DNA from: Chitinophagaceae bacterium
GTDB taxonomy: Bacteria > Bacteroidota > Bacteroidia > Chitinophagales > Chitinophagaceae
Length of the DNA: 43,801 bases
NCBI GenBank assembly: GCA_947461495.1
Contig: CANHLV010000001.1
Coordinates: 1 to 43,801, forward strand
Direction: 5' to 3'
In this document: piece after piece, positions 29,224 through 38,646 of the stretch
Layout of the letters: each line of letters opens with the position of its first letter
How positions within the stretch are numbered: position 1 is the first letter of the stretch
Program-made: the position numbers and the translations under genes
The notes under the pieces: model-generated
What the model was told of the DNA's origin: nothing
The model's input: the letters and a program-made list of their open reading frames with translations, nothing else
Databases searched by the model: none

Positions 29224-29559
29224 TTACATTCCAAATTTTGAACCATTCATGACATAAGCCATCACATTCGCTTTTTCATCAGCTGTAAGTTTTGCTTTTA
29301 CTGCCATGCTGTTCATAATGGGCTTCCACTCGTTTGCAGTATATGCAGTAGTTTTTTTCAAATCATGGCATTTGCCGCATTTAGCGTTGTAAGTTTTCTC
29401 TCCTTCAACAACAGAAGGTGCCGCTGCAGTCATCATATTAAATTGAGCAGGGGCTTGCTGAGGCGTTTTAGCTGCTGTTGGAGTTGACTTGTGACTACAA
29501 GCAGTAAAAATTATTATTGCTGTAAATGCAATGGCAAAAATTGATTTTGTATGTTTCAT
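29224..29559 (-). CDS. Monoheme c-type cytochrome lipoprotein
   Basis: Lipobox FTAC, heme motif CGKCH, distal W..IM..M. Confidence 0.85.
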   Translation of the reverse strand: MKHTKSIFAIAFTAIIIFTACSHKSTPTAAKTPQQAPAQFNMMTAAAPSVVEGEKTYNAKCGKCHDLKKTTAYTANEWKPIMNSMAVKAKLTADEKANVMAYVMNGSKFGM

Positions 29560-29562
29560 TGT

Positions 29563-29707
29563 AAAAGGTTTAATAGGTTCAATAAGTTAAAAAAGTTCAA
29601 AAGGTTTTTTAAAGAGACAATCTAATTATTGAAAAGAAAATTTAGTTTGAATTAACACCAAACAACAAACGCCAAACATCTTCCCCCTTTGGGGGACCGA
29701 GGGGGCT
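29563..29707. repeat. Composite intergenic repeat: 9-mer array, CAAACAA-type array and CCCCC/GGGGG hairpin
   Basis: aaaggttta ataggttca ataagttaa aaaagttca aaaggtttt; accaaacaacaaacgccaaac; ttcccccttt gggggaccgagggggct abutting the serS stop. Confidence 0.7.
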
Positions 29708-30982
29708 CTACTTATCAATCGCACTCTCCCCAAAATACTTATGCAAAATCTGAGGCAAATGAATACCCTTTTCTGTTTGATTGTTTTCTAGTAAAGCCGC
29801 CACTATTCTTGGTAAAGCTAATGAAGAACCATTTAGTGAATGTAACAATTGTGTTTTGCCTGATTCATCTTTATATCTGATTTTCATCCTGTTGGTCTGA
29901 AAGGTTTCAAAATTGCTGACGGAACTTACTTCGAGCCATTTTTGCTGAGCAGCACTATACACCTCAAAATCGTAAGTCAATGCAGAAGTAAAGCTCATAT
30001 CGCCACCGCATAGACGAAGTATGCGATAAGGCAATTCTAAAAGATTTAATAGTTTCTCAACATGATTCACCATTTCTTCAAGCACATCATAACTTTTATC
30101 AGGATATACCATTTGAATGATTTCTACTTTATCAAACTGATGCACCCTGTTCAATCCTCTTACATCTGATCCAAAACTTCCTGCTTCCCTTCTGAAACAT
30201 GGAGTATAAGCGGTCATCATCACAGGCAAATCTGCGTCTTTGATGATTTCGTTGCTGTAAACATTGGTTACCGGCACCTCAGCAGTGGGTATCAAATACA
30301 ATCCATCTGCAGTAATATGATACATCTGACCTTCTTTATCAGGTAAATTTCCTGTACCATATGCAGTAGCTTCGTTTACCATCAATGGCGGCAAGTATTC
30401 CATGTAGCCGGCGTCTGTATTGTAATCTAGAAAAAACTGAATTAGAGAACGTTGGAGTTTTGCACCGTTGCCTTTATACAATGGAAATCCGCTTCCTGCT
30501 ATTTTAGCGCCAGTTTCAAAATCAATTAAATTATATTCTTTGATTAAATCCCAATGTGGTTTTGCGCCTGCATATAAATCAGGATTTTTTCCACCTGATC
30601 TTACTACTTCATTATCTTCTGCTGATTTTCCTTTAGGAACGCTTGTGTGCGGCAAATTCGGCAACAACAAAATATTTTTATTGAATTCAGCTTCTAGCTT
30701 TTCAAGAGAGGAAGCTTTTTCTGCCATTTCAGCTTTCAATGTAGTTACTTCAGCTTTCTTGGCTTCAGCCGAATCTTTTTCGCCTTTTCCCATCAACATG
30801 CCAATTTCTTTTGAAGCAGCATTTATTGAAGCTTGTATGGATTCCGAAGCAAATTTTATTTTTCTCAGTTCATCATCGATTTCCAGAATGGTATCAACCA
30901 ATCCGATATTTCCAAAGTTTTTGACAGCCAGTCTTTCTTTAACCAGCTCCGGATTCTGACGAATAAAATTTACCTGTAACAT
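29708..30982 (-). CDS. serS: Serine--tRNA ligase
   Basis: N-terminal coiled coil, LIPTAEVP, FRREAGS.G.DVRGLNRVHQF.KVE, EVSSVSN, LNGS.LA.PR. Confidence 0.98.
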   Translation of the reverse strand: MLQVNFIRQNPELVKERLAVKNFGNIGLVDTILEIDDELRKIKFASESIQASINAASKEIGMLMGKGEKDSAEAKKAEVTTLKAEMAEKASSLEKLEAEFNKNILLLPNLPHTSVPKGKSAEDNEVVRSGGKNPDLYAGAKPHWDLIKEYNLIDFETGAKIAGSGFPLYKGNGAKLQRSLIQFFLDYNTDAGYMEYLPPLMVNEATAYGTGNLPDKEGQMYHITADGLYLIPTAEVPVTNVYSNEIIKDADLPVMMTAYTPCFRREAGSFGSDVRGLNRVHQFDKVEIIQMVYPDKSYDVLEEMVNHVEKLLNLLELPYRILRLCGGDMSFTSALTYDFEVYSAAQQKWLEVSSVSNFETFQTNRMKIRYKDESGKTQLLHSLNGSSLALPRIVAALLENNQTEKGIHLPQILHKYFGESAIDK

Positions 30983-31017
30983 CTGCTTTTTCTTAATTTA
31001 ATAATTCAATTTGGCAA

Positions 31018-31053
31018 CAAAGATAATTGGGATTTGCTTATTACCTAATTTTG
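31018..31053. promoter_or_regulatory. Divergent -7 elements for serS and the 31058 gene
   Basis: TATCTTTG on minus (31018-31025) and TAATTTTG on plus (31046-31053). Confidence 0.55.
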
Positions 31054-31057
31054 CGTC

Positions 31058-31408
31058 ATGCAACAAATGGAAGAGGACTTACAGGTTAGGTGGCTGAAGC
31101 TAAGGATTAAGCTTAAAGAGAGGTTTGGTATTAAGCCGGATATGAACGGGGTTTTGCTTATTATCGGCGTTCAGGAACTAGGTCAGGGCCCTCAGGAATT
31201 TTCAAAAGAACAGAAACAAGACCTCATGCACATTGCTGTTTGTACTGTACTCATGCAAAGTGAGTATTACACGCATGATGGACTTGACGATGAAGGTTGG
31301 CCGCATTTCACTCAAATCAAGGCTTTACCGGAATTTGACCTATTTGAACAAGAAAATTTCTTAAAAGACCATATTTTGCTTTATTTTCAATCTTTGGAAT
31401 TTATTTAA
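31058..31408 (+). CDS. Conserved Bacteroidota hypothetical protein
   Basis: 'L..IGVQELG....FSKEQKQDLMHIAVC.VL...YY...D..GWPH' pattern. Confidence 0.8.
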   Translation: MQQMEEDLQVRWLKLRIKLKERFGIKPDMNGVLLIIGVQELGQGPQEFSKEQKQDLMHIAVCTVLMQSEYYTHDGLDDEGWPHFTQIKALPEFDLFEQENFLKDHILLYFQSLEFI

Positions 31409-31419
31409 AACATAATAAT

Positions 31420-32130
31420 ATGAAGACAAAACTATTTTTTCTTTCTCTTGTATTAACAGGATTATCCGTTTCAACATTATTTGCTCAAACCAAAACAGTC
31501 GCTCCAAAAAAGCCGACTCCTGCAGCTACTGCTCCAGCAATTCCGGGAAAAACAAAAGTAAAAATCACTACAGATATGGGTGTGATTGTGATAAGATTAT
31601 ATGACGCTACACCAAAGCACAGAGATAATTTTGTAAAGCTGGTTCAACAAGGTTTTTATGATAGTTTGCTATTTCACAGAATTATCCAAGGCTTCATGAT
31701 TCAAGGTGGCGATCCGCTAAGTAAAAATGCAAAGCCAGGTGAAATGCTGGGAATGGGTGGTGGTGATATGGAAAGAATTCCTGCTGAATTCAATCCGCAA
31801 TTGATTCATAAGAAAGGTGCGCTTTGTGCTGCTAGAGATGGCAATCCTGAAAAAGCGAGTAGCGCTTGTCAGTTTTATATCGTACAAGGAAAGCCTTCTC
31901 CAAATGAAGAATTGGATATGATTGGTCAACAAAATGGTATCAAATACACTGCAGAACAGAAAAAAATATACAATACCATTGGCGGAACACCTTTCCTAGA
32001 TATGAACTACACCGTTTATGGCGAAGTGGTTAGTGGTTTGGAAGTGGTTGATAAAATTGCTGCAGCTGAAAAAGAACCAGGCGACAGACCTAAAAAAGAC
32101 ATCAGAATGAAAATGGAATTGATGAAATAA
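31420..32130 (+). CDS. Cyclophilin-type peptidyl-prolyl isomerase (exported)
   Basis: Signal peptide; TPKHRDNF, FHRIIQGFMIQGGDP, HKKGAL.AAR, QFYIV, YTVYGEVV.G. Confidence 0.96.
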   Translation: MKTKLFFLSLVLTGLSVSTLFAQTKTVAPKKPTPAATAPAIPGKTKVKITTDMGVIVIRLYDATPKHRDNFVKLVQQGFYDSLLFHRIIQGFMIQGGDPLSKNAKPGEMLGMGGGDMERIPAEFNPQLIHKKGALCAARDGNPEKASSACQFYIVQGKPSPNEELDMIGQQNGIKYTAEQKKIYNTIGGTPFLDMNYTVYGEVVSGLEVVDKIAAAEKEPGDRPKKDIRMKMELMK

Positions 32131-32190
32131 TAATGGACTAGACTCACCTTTTTCATCTAAATTGCACGAAATTTTAAAGTAAATCATAAA

Positions 32191-32568
32191 ATGAACTATC
32201 CCGCTCATTTAAAATATACCAAAGATCACGAATGGATTTTGGTAGAAGGAAATACAGCTACTGTTGGCATTACTGATTTTGCACAAAGAGAATTAGGCGA
32301 TATCGTTTTTATCGACATCAATGCTATTGGGAAAACCTTGACTGCAGAAGAAATCTTTGGAACGGTAGAAGCTGTAAAGACAGTAAGTGATTTATTCCTT
32401 CCTGTAGCTGGCACCATCACTGAAATCAATGCTGCCATTGAGAGCAATCCTGAACTCGTAAACAGCGATCCTTATGGAGAGGGCTGGATGATCAAAATGA
32501 CACTTAATAATGCTTCAGATGTTGATGGATTGATGACTGCCGAGGCTTACACTGCGCTGGTTGGGTAA
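32191..32568 (+). CDS. gcvH: Glycine cleavage system H protein
   Basis: [22 protein letters not shown], lipoyl-Lys [16 protein letters not shown]. Confidence 0.98.
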   Translation: MNYPAHLKYTKDHEWILVEGNTATVGITDFAQRELGDIVFIDINAIGKTLTAEEIFGTVEAVKTVSDLFLPVAGTITEINAAIESNPELVNSDPYGEGWMIKMTLNNASDVDGLMTAEAYTALVG

Positions 32569-32580
32569 TTTAAAAAATGA

Positions 32581-32976
32581 ATGTTGAACAGGATTCCATT
32601 TAAAAAATTTATACCTGCTATTTTATGGTTTTTGCTGGTGTTGGTTTTGATTTGTTTGCCTGGTCAGGAATTTTCAGAAATAGACAATTGGTCGGCATGG
32701 CTTAAAAAAATATATTTCGACAAATGGGTCCATGCAGGCTTGTTTGCTGTCATGATGGTTTTATTTGCACTGCCTTTTCATTCATCCTCTCTTGCGTTAA
32801 ATAAGAAAAAATCATTTTATCTGCTTATTGCCTTACTAACTTGTATTTGGGGATTGTTAACAGAATGTATTCAGCTTTATGTGCCTTTCAGAAGTTTCGA
32901 TTGGATTGATTGGGCTGCAGATAGTTTCGGTGCTTTAATTGGGCTTTATTTCATGCGCTTGTTTCCTACTAAATAA
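32581..32976 (+). CDS. VanZ family protein
   Basis: DKWVH...F, E.IQ...P.RS.DW.DW.AD..G. Confidence 0.9.
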   Translation: MLNRIPFKKFIPAILWFLLVLVLICLPGQEFSEIDNWSAWLKKIYFDKWVHAGLFAVMMVLFALPFHSSSLALNKKKSFYLLIALLTCIWGLLTECIQLYVPFRSFDWIDWAADSFGALIGLYFMRLFPTK

Positions 32977-33011
32977 CAACTTAACTTTGAATTATGCTGA
33001 ACGTAGAAAAT

Positions 33012-33752
33012 ATGGAGTATAATACTACCAGAAACCATCTTATCATGAAAGAATATGGCAGACATATTCAAAAGATGGTAGAATATCTAATTAAAATTGA
33101 GGACAAAGAAACCCGGCAAAAAAACGCTTATGCAGTAATTGAGCTTATGGGATTTTTGAATCCTCATCTTAAAAATGTTGAAGATTTTAGACATAAGTTG
33201 TGGGACCATTTATTCTTAATCAGCGATTTTCAATTGGATGTTGAAAGTCCATATCCCATTCCTACTAGAGAAACATTAAAAGCAAGACCTGAAAAATTGA
33301 GGTATCCCAAAAAATATCCTCAATTCAATCACCTAGGAAAAAACATTGAACTCGTAATTGACAAAGCATTGAAAGAAGAAAATCCCGAAAAGAAACAAGG
33401 ATTTGCTAATGCTATTGCCTACTACATGAAACTGACTTATAGTAATTGGCATAAGGAGCTTGTGCATGATGACAATATCCAAACAGAGCTTAGTTCTATT
33501 ACAAACGGACAACTAGAGTTTAACAACAGGCCTTTTGTAAAACACAGAACCGATAATCGTCCTGAAAGAGATGATTATGGCAGTAACGGTGGCCGTAATC
33601 AATATAGACAAAATTTTGGTAGCAGAGACAATCGTGGCGGTGGAAGAGACAACCGTGGCGGCGGTGGTGGAAGAGACAATCGCGGTGGCGGAAGAGATAA
33701 TCGTGGCGGCGGAAGAGATAACAACAACAGGAATTTTAAAAAACGATATTAA
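33012..33752 (+). CDS. DUF4290 protein with RGG-rich tail
   Basis: MEYNTTR..L..KEYGRHIQKMV...HKLWDHL..ISDF.LDVESPYP; located upstream of murA. Alternative ATG at 32994. Confidence 0.9.
   Translation: MEYNTTRNHLIMKEYGRHIQKMVEYLIKIEDKETRQKNAYAVIELMGFLNPHLKNVEDFRHKLWDHLFLISDFQLDVESPYPIPTRETLKARPEKLRYPKKYPQFNHLGKNIELVIDKALKEENPEKKQGFANAIAYYMKLTYSNWHKELVHDDNIQTELSSITNGQLEFNNRPFVKHRTDNRPERDDYGSNGGRNQYRQNFGSRDNRGGGRDNRGGGGGRDNRGGGRDNRGGGRDNNNRNFKKRY
33624..33722 (+). repeat. Coding tandem repeat (RDNRGGG x4)
   Basis: 21-27-bp units AGAGAYAAYCGYGGYGGYGGA. Confidence 0.9.
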
Positions 33753-33775
33753 TATCCAATCGAAATAAAAAAACA

Positions 33776-33812
33776 ATAGCCCATGGTTAAAAACTGTGGG
33801 CTATACTTTTTT
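33776..33812 (+). terminator. Intrinsic terminator
   Basis: ATAGCCCATGGTT-AAA-AACTGTGGGCTAT hairpin followed by a T-tract; A-tract on the left. Confidence 0.75.
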
Positions 33813-33885
33813 AAAAAATAATTCAAACATTTACAAGCTTTCAAATTAAATATTCATCTTTGCCCGTAAAGAAATTTATTGGCCC

Positions 33886-35199
33886 ATGAGCATTTTTGAA
33901 GTTATAGGAGGAAAGCGACTTTCCGGTGAAATTATACCACAGGGAGCAAAGAATGAAGCCCTGCAAATCATCAGCGCAGTATTACTGACGAAAGAAGAAA
34001 TCATCATTAAAAATATCCCTGATATAATTGATGTTAATTTACTCATTGAGTTGCTTAAAGAAATCAACGTAAAAGTTAATCGTACAGACAGACATACCTG
34101 TCATTTTCAAGCAGACCAAGTGGATGTGGATTATCTTTCCAGCGAAGCCTTTCATAAAAAGAGTGGTAAACTAAGGGGCTCCGTTATGCTTGCCGGGCCA
34201 TTACTAGCAAGATTTGGTAAAGCTTATTTACCCAAACCCGGCGGCGACAAAATAGGCCGTAGAAAATTAGATACGCATGTAATTGGATTTGAAAAATTAG
34301 GTGCGATTTATTCTTTTAATGAACAGTTAAATTGCTTTCAGCTTTCAACAAGCGGACTGAAAGGAACTTTCATGTTGCTTGATGAACCGAGTGTAACAGG
34401 AACGGCCAATATTATGATGGCTGCAGTTTTAGCAGAAGGAACTACTACTATTTATAATGCAGCTTGCGAGCCGTACATTCAGCAATTGTCAAAAATGCTG
34501 AACAGAATGGGCGCCAAAATTGACGGTATTGGAAGTAACATGCTTACTATTCATGGTGTGTCTTCTTTATCAGGCACGACACACAGCATGTTACCGGATA
34601 TGATTGAAGTAGGAAGTTTTATCGGTTTGGCGGCCATGACGCAAAGCAATATCACCATTAAAAATGCAGGTGTTGCTGAATTGGGTGTAATTCCTGAAAA
34701 ATTTCAGCAGCTAGGTATTAAAATGAATATAATAGGTGATGATATCCATATTCCATCCCAGGACTTGTATGAAATTCAAACTTACCTTGAAGGGGGCATT
34801 CTCACGATTTATGATCACCCATGGCCGGGGTTGACACCAGATTTATTAAGCATCATTTTGGTTACTGCTATTCAGGCGAAAGGAAGTGTGTTGATTCATC
34901 AGAAAATGTTTGAAAGCCGTTTGTTCTTTGTAGATAAACTGATTGAGATGGGTGCACAGGTTATTTTGTGTGATCCCCACAGAGCCGTAGTGGTAGGTAT
35001 GGAAAGAATGAAAAAGCTTCGTGGTATCACCATGAGTTCGCCTGATATTAGAGCTGGTGTCGCATTGCTCATAGCCGCATTAAGTGCTGAAGGAAAAAGT
35101 ACCATTCAAAATATCGAACAAATTGACAGGGGCTATCAATTCATAGATACTCGCTTGCAGGCATTGGGGGCATCAATAGAAAGAAAAAGCCAGCAATAA
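33886..35199 (+). CDS. murA: UDP-N-acetylglucosamine 1-carboxyvinyltransferase
   Basis: GAKNEAL, LRGS, PGGDKIGRR, SVTGTANI, FESRL, SPDIRAG, IDRGY. Confidence 0.97.
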   Translation: MSIFEVIGGKRLSGEIIPQGAKNEALQIISAVLLTKEEIIIKNIPDIIDVNLLIELLKEINVKVNRTDRHTCHFQADQVDVDYLSSEAFHKKSGKLRGSVMLAGPLLARFGKAYLPKPGGDKIGRRKLDTHVIGFEKLGAIYSFNEQLNCFQLSTSGLKGTFMLLDEPSVTGTANIMMAAVLAEGTTTIYNAACEPYIQQLSKMLNRMGAKIDGIGSNMLTIHGVSSLSGTTHSMLPDMIEVGSFIGLAAMTQSNITIKNAGVAELGVIPEKFQQLGIKMNIIGDDIHIPSQDLYEIQTYLEGGILTIYDHPWPGLTPDLLSIILVTAIQAKGSVLIHQKMFESRLFFVDKLIEMGAQVILCDPHRAVVVGMERMKKLRGITMSSPDIRAGVALLIAALSAEGKSTIQNIEQIDRGYQFIDTRLQALGASIERKSQQ

Positions 35200-35276
35200 A
35201 TTGTAGGTTTCGTCAGCAAAGAAAGTATATCGCGCCAATGCACATCAATTATTCTTAATCTTCTTATTTATAAATT

Positions 35277-36278
35277 TTGCATCATTCCAATAACAATTCA
35301 ACAGATTATGTACTTGTTACCGGAGGTTCCGGTCTGGTAGGCAATGAGTTGATTCATCAGCTGTTGCAAAAAGGTAAAAAAATAAAGGCGCTAGTCAATA
35401 AGTCTCCATTACAAATTTCACATCCTGATTTATTTCCTATTCAATGTGATTTGTTTGATGTAGTTGGTTTGGAATTGGCTATGGAAGAAGTAAGTGAAAT
35501 TTATCATTGTGCCGGATTCATCAGTTATTCATCACACAATAGAGGCAGATTATATAAAATCAATGTTGAGGGAACGGCAAATATTGTGAATGCGGCTTTA
35601 CAAGCTAGTATAAAAAAATTCATACACGTTAGTTCAATTGCAGCATTGGGTAAATTTATTGAAGGCAAGCCAATTGATGAAACCATGGCATGGACAGAAG
35701 ATGCGCGAAACAGCATTTATGGCCACAGCAAATATTTAGGTGAAATGGAAGTATGGAGAGGTATTGCCGAAGGTCTCAATGCCGTAATTGTTAATCCCAG
35801 TATCATACTTGGGGCAGGAAAATGGAGTAATGCCTCTACTGCCATTTTCAAAAATGTTCATGATGGATTTAATTGGTATTCGGAAGGTGTAAATGGTTTT
35901 GTAGATGTAAGAGATCTGGTAAAGTCGATGATCTTGCTCATGGAATCTGACATTTCTGCCGAGCGTTTTATTGTTAGTGCAGAAAATCGTTCTTATAAAG
36001 ATATTTTCTTTCTGATAGCAGATGCTTTCAATAAAAAAAGACCCCAATTTAAAGTAAATAAAACAGCTGCCGCTTTGGTATGGCGTCTTGAAAAACTGAA
36101 GACCATGTTATCAAAAGCTGAACCATTGGTAACCAAAGAATCTGTTTCAACTGCATTGGCTCAGGTTTATTTTGATAACAGAAAGTTAAAAAACAGACTT
36201 ACATCATTCCAATACCTTCCTATTTCAGAAACGATTCAATATACTTGCAGTGTGTTGCAACAAAAGGATACGCAATAA
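35277..36278 (+). CDS. NAD-dependent epimerase/dehydratase
   Basis: VTGGSGLVG, YHCAG, NVEGT, HVSSIAALG, YGHSK. Confidence 0.93.
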   Translation: MHHSNNNSTDYVLVTGGSGLVGNELIHQLLQKGKKIKALVNKSPLQISHPDLFPIQCDLFDVVGLELAMEEVSEIYHCAGFISYSSHNRGRLYKINVEGTANIVNAALQASIKKFIHVSSIAALGKFIEGKPIDETMAWTEDARNSIYGHSKYLGEMEVWRGIAEGLNAVIVNPSIILGAGKWSNASTAIFKNVHDGFNWYSEGVNGFVDVRDLVKSMILLMESDISAERFIVSAENRSYKDIFFLIADAFNKKRPQFKVNKTAAALVWRLEKLKTMLSKAEPLVTKESVSTALAQVYFDNRKLKNRLTSFQYLPISETIQYTCSVLQQKDTQ

Positions 36279-36315
36279 TCTTTTTGTTTCTCATCCATCA
36301 CCAAAATTAAAGTGT

Positions 36316-37404
36316 ATGAAAAAATTATTTTTTATCCTGCTGGCATTTCTATCGACAACATTTTCATTTGCACAATCCAACACATTTTATATAACAGGTA
36401 CGGTAATAAACGCAGAAACAAAAGCACCTATGCAAGGGGCATCCGTATTTGCCGAGAATACCACTTTTGGAACGGCAACTGATGCAGAAGGAAAATTCAC
36501 CTTGCAATTGCCAAATGGTGGCTATGGTTTGGTGGTGAGTTTTACCGGTTTCAATTCATGGAGTCAGCGTGTATCCAACACAGAGAGTCAGGCATTATTG
36601 GTTTCTATGACAACAAAAGAAAAAATGATGCAGGAAGTATCAATTGTTTCTTCAGCCGAAGTAAAAAATGGCTGGGAAAAATACGGCAGCATATTTACAG
36701 AGGAGTTTATCGGTAAATCTTTAAATAGTGCTTCTTGCTTAATTAAAAATCCGGAAGCATTGAAGTTTTTCTATTCCAAAAGAAAAGGCAGATTAAAAGT
36801 TGTGGCTGATGATGCTATAATCATTCAGAATGGAGCATTGGGTTATACCATTAAATACCAGCTTGATTCATTCGTACATGAATACAATACTGATGCTACT
36901 GTTTATACCGGCTTTCCTTTATTTGAAGAAATGACTACTGAAGATAATGCGATACTTGTAAAATGGACTGAGGCTAGAAAAAAAGCATACCAAGGTTCTG
37001 TGCTTCATTTCATGAGAAGCTTATACGACATGCAACTTGCAGAAGAAGGTTTCGAAATTCAGTTCATTATAAAAATAAATGAAAAGGATACTGCTTTGAA
37101 ACTGAAGGATTTTTACAGCGCTTTGAATTTTGAAGCCACAGACAGCATCAATCCTGTAAACATATTACCTAATCAACCCTCATTGGGCGTGATATATAGA
37201 AAAGAAAAACCTGAAGAAAACTATCTAAAGGAATATGATCAAGAACCTTCTAGGTTTCAGTTTTCTACTTTGAATTTTTTACCCAAAAAACAAATTTCAA
37301 TAGAACAAAATGGTTATTATTTCGAACAGAATGATTTGACGTTTACCGGTTATTGGTCTTGGTCTAAAATGGCTGATGCTTTGCCTTATGATTATGTTCC
37401 ATAA
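36316..37404 (+). CDS. Secreted protein with carboxypeptidase regulatory-like (CarbopepD_reg_2) N-terminal domain
   Basis: Signal MKKLFFILLAFLSTTFSFAQ; 'ITGTVINAET..P..GASVF...GT.TD.EGKF.L'; LPYDY.P terminus. Confidence 0.85.
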   Translation: MKKLFFILLAFLSTTFSFAQSNTFYITGTVINAETKAPMQGASVFAENTTFGTATDAEGKFTLQLPNGGYGLVVSFTGFNSWSQRVSNTESQALLVSMTTKEKMMQEVSIVSSAEVKNGWEKYGSIFTEEFIGKSLNSASCLIKNPEALKFFYSKRKGRLKVVADDAIIIQNGALGYTIKYQLDSFVHEYNTDATVYTGFPLFEEMTTEDNAILVKWTEARKKAYQGSVLHFMRSLYDMQLAEEGFEIQFIIKINEKDTALKLKDFYSALNFEATDSINPVNILPNQPSLGVIYRKEKPEENYLKEYDQEPSRFQFSTLNFLPKKQISIEQNGYYFEQNDLTFTGYWSWSKMADALPYDYVP

Positions 37405-37406
37405 AC

Positions 37407-37429
37407 CCGGATTTTGAAACAAAATCTGG
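37407..37429. promoter_or_regulatory. Inverted repeat between the upstream stop and the WYL gene (terminator or operator)
   Basis: CCGGATTTTG-AAA-CAAAATCTGG, 9 of 10 arm positions complementary. Confidence 0.55.
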
Positions 37430-37470
37430 ATTAAATTCGTAATCTTTATCTAATTTCCAAATTCATTCGT

Positions 37471-38478
37471 ATGCCCAAAAATAAATCTGCTTTGATCCGC
37501 TATAGAATAATTGATAGTTGTCTTACTAATAAACAAAGACCTTTTCCATCTCTGGAATTTTTGGCTGAAAAATGCGCTGAAAAACTTGATACAGCCATTT
37601 CTGTTTCTACGATTGAAAAAGACATAAGGACGATGAAACGAAGTTATCCTTATGGTTTTGATGCTCCCATTATTTACAATAAGGAAAGAAAAGGGTATGC
37701 TTATGGTGAACAGGGCTTTAGCATAGCTGAACTGCAACTTGAGCAGGAAGAGTGGGATGCCTTGAGATATGCATCCAATTTGTTGTATCAATATGCAGCA
37801 GTTCCAATCTTTAAAGATTTTAAGTATGCCATTGAAAAAATAGATGCAAGATTTAGCCTGCAACTCGATGTTGAGGATGAAGCCATTCGAAAAATTGTTC
37901 AATTTGAATCAGGTATTACCACAACGGGTTATGATTGGCTCACAATAATCTATCCGGCCATTTCATCAAAATGGATACTCAACATGCAATATGAAAACAT
38001 TTATAAAAACGAAATCAAAAACTATCAGGTAGTTCCTTATTTGCTGAAAGAAAACAGAAACCGATGGTACATGATTGGCTGGGTTGAAGAAAGAAACGAC
38101 TACTTGACTTTTGCTCTTGATCGTATTCAAAATATTGAAGTCAAAAAACAAAAACAAAAAACAAAACCCGATTTTAATCCTGATGTTTTTCTGATGCATT
38201 CTGTTGGTATTATGAAAAACGAGGGAAAGCCTTCAAAAGTTATTCTTCTAGTAAAAGATCCTTATCATAAACTTGTTCAGTTGGAACCCATTCATGCTTC
38301 CCAGAAAATTTTAAAAACAAACAAAGATTCCATTCAGATTGAACTTGCTGTATATATTAATCAGGAACTTTACAACAGAATATTATCCATGTCGTCTTTT
38401 TGCAAAGTCATCCAACCGGCATCGTTGAAAAAAATCATTTCAGAACATTTGGAAGCGGCTGCGGAGCAGTACCGATAA
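37471..38478 (+). CDS. HTH-WYL-WCX transcriptional regulator
   Basis: N-terminal wHTH (NKSALIRYRIID.CL...STIEKDIR.M...API.Y...KGY.Y); WYL core PYLLKE.RNRWYMIG...TFALDRI; WCX tail (PIHASQ...EL...ILS....KVIQP.SL). Confidence 0.95.
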   Translation: MPKNKSALIRYRIIDSCLTNKQRPFPSLEFLAEKCAEKLDTAISVSTIEKDIRTMKRSYPYGFDAPIIYNKERKGYAYGEQGFSIAELQLEQEEWDALRYASNLLYQYAAVPIFKDFKYAIEKIDARFSLQLDVEDEAIRKIVQFESGITTTGYDWLTIIYPAISSKWILNMQYENIYKNEIKNYQVVPYLLKENRNRWYMIGWVEERNDYLTFALDRIQNIEVKKQKQKTKPDFNPDVFLMHSVGIMKNEGKPSKVILLVKDPYHKLVQLEPIHASQKILKTNKDSIQIELAVYINQELYNRILSMSSFCKVIQPASLKKIISEHLEAAAEQYR

Positions 38479-38489
38479 GTTATATTTAC

Positions 38490-38640
38490 TGGTTCAAAAG
38501 GTTTGATAAGTTCAATTAGTTCAATAGGTTTTTTTGAAAAATATTTATGCTTTTGAACCAAACAACCAAACAACAAACAACTTTTCAATCTAACCTTTTG
38601 AACCAATTGAACCCCTGGAACCTTTTGAACCAACCACCAA
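38490..38640. repeat. 9-mer-periodic inverted repeat element between convergent genes
   Basis: TGGTTCAAAAGGTT (38490-38503) is complementary to AACCTTTTGAACCA at 38592-38605 and 38619-38632; central CAAACAA array. Confidence 0.85.
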
Positions 38641-38646
38641 CCGTTC

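Noticed and set aside
38370-38633. 87-aa ORF with periodic sequence
   Set aside because: It is a translation of the 9-mer repeat element and overlaps the WYL gene antisense.
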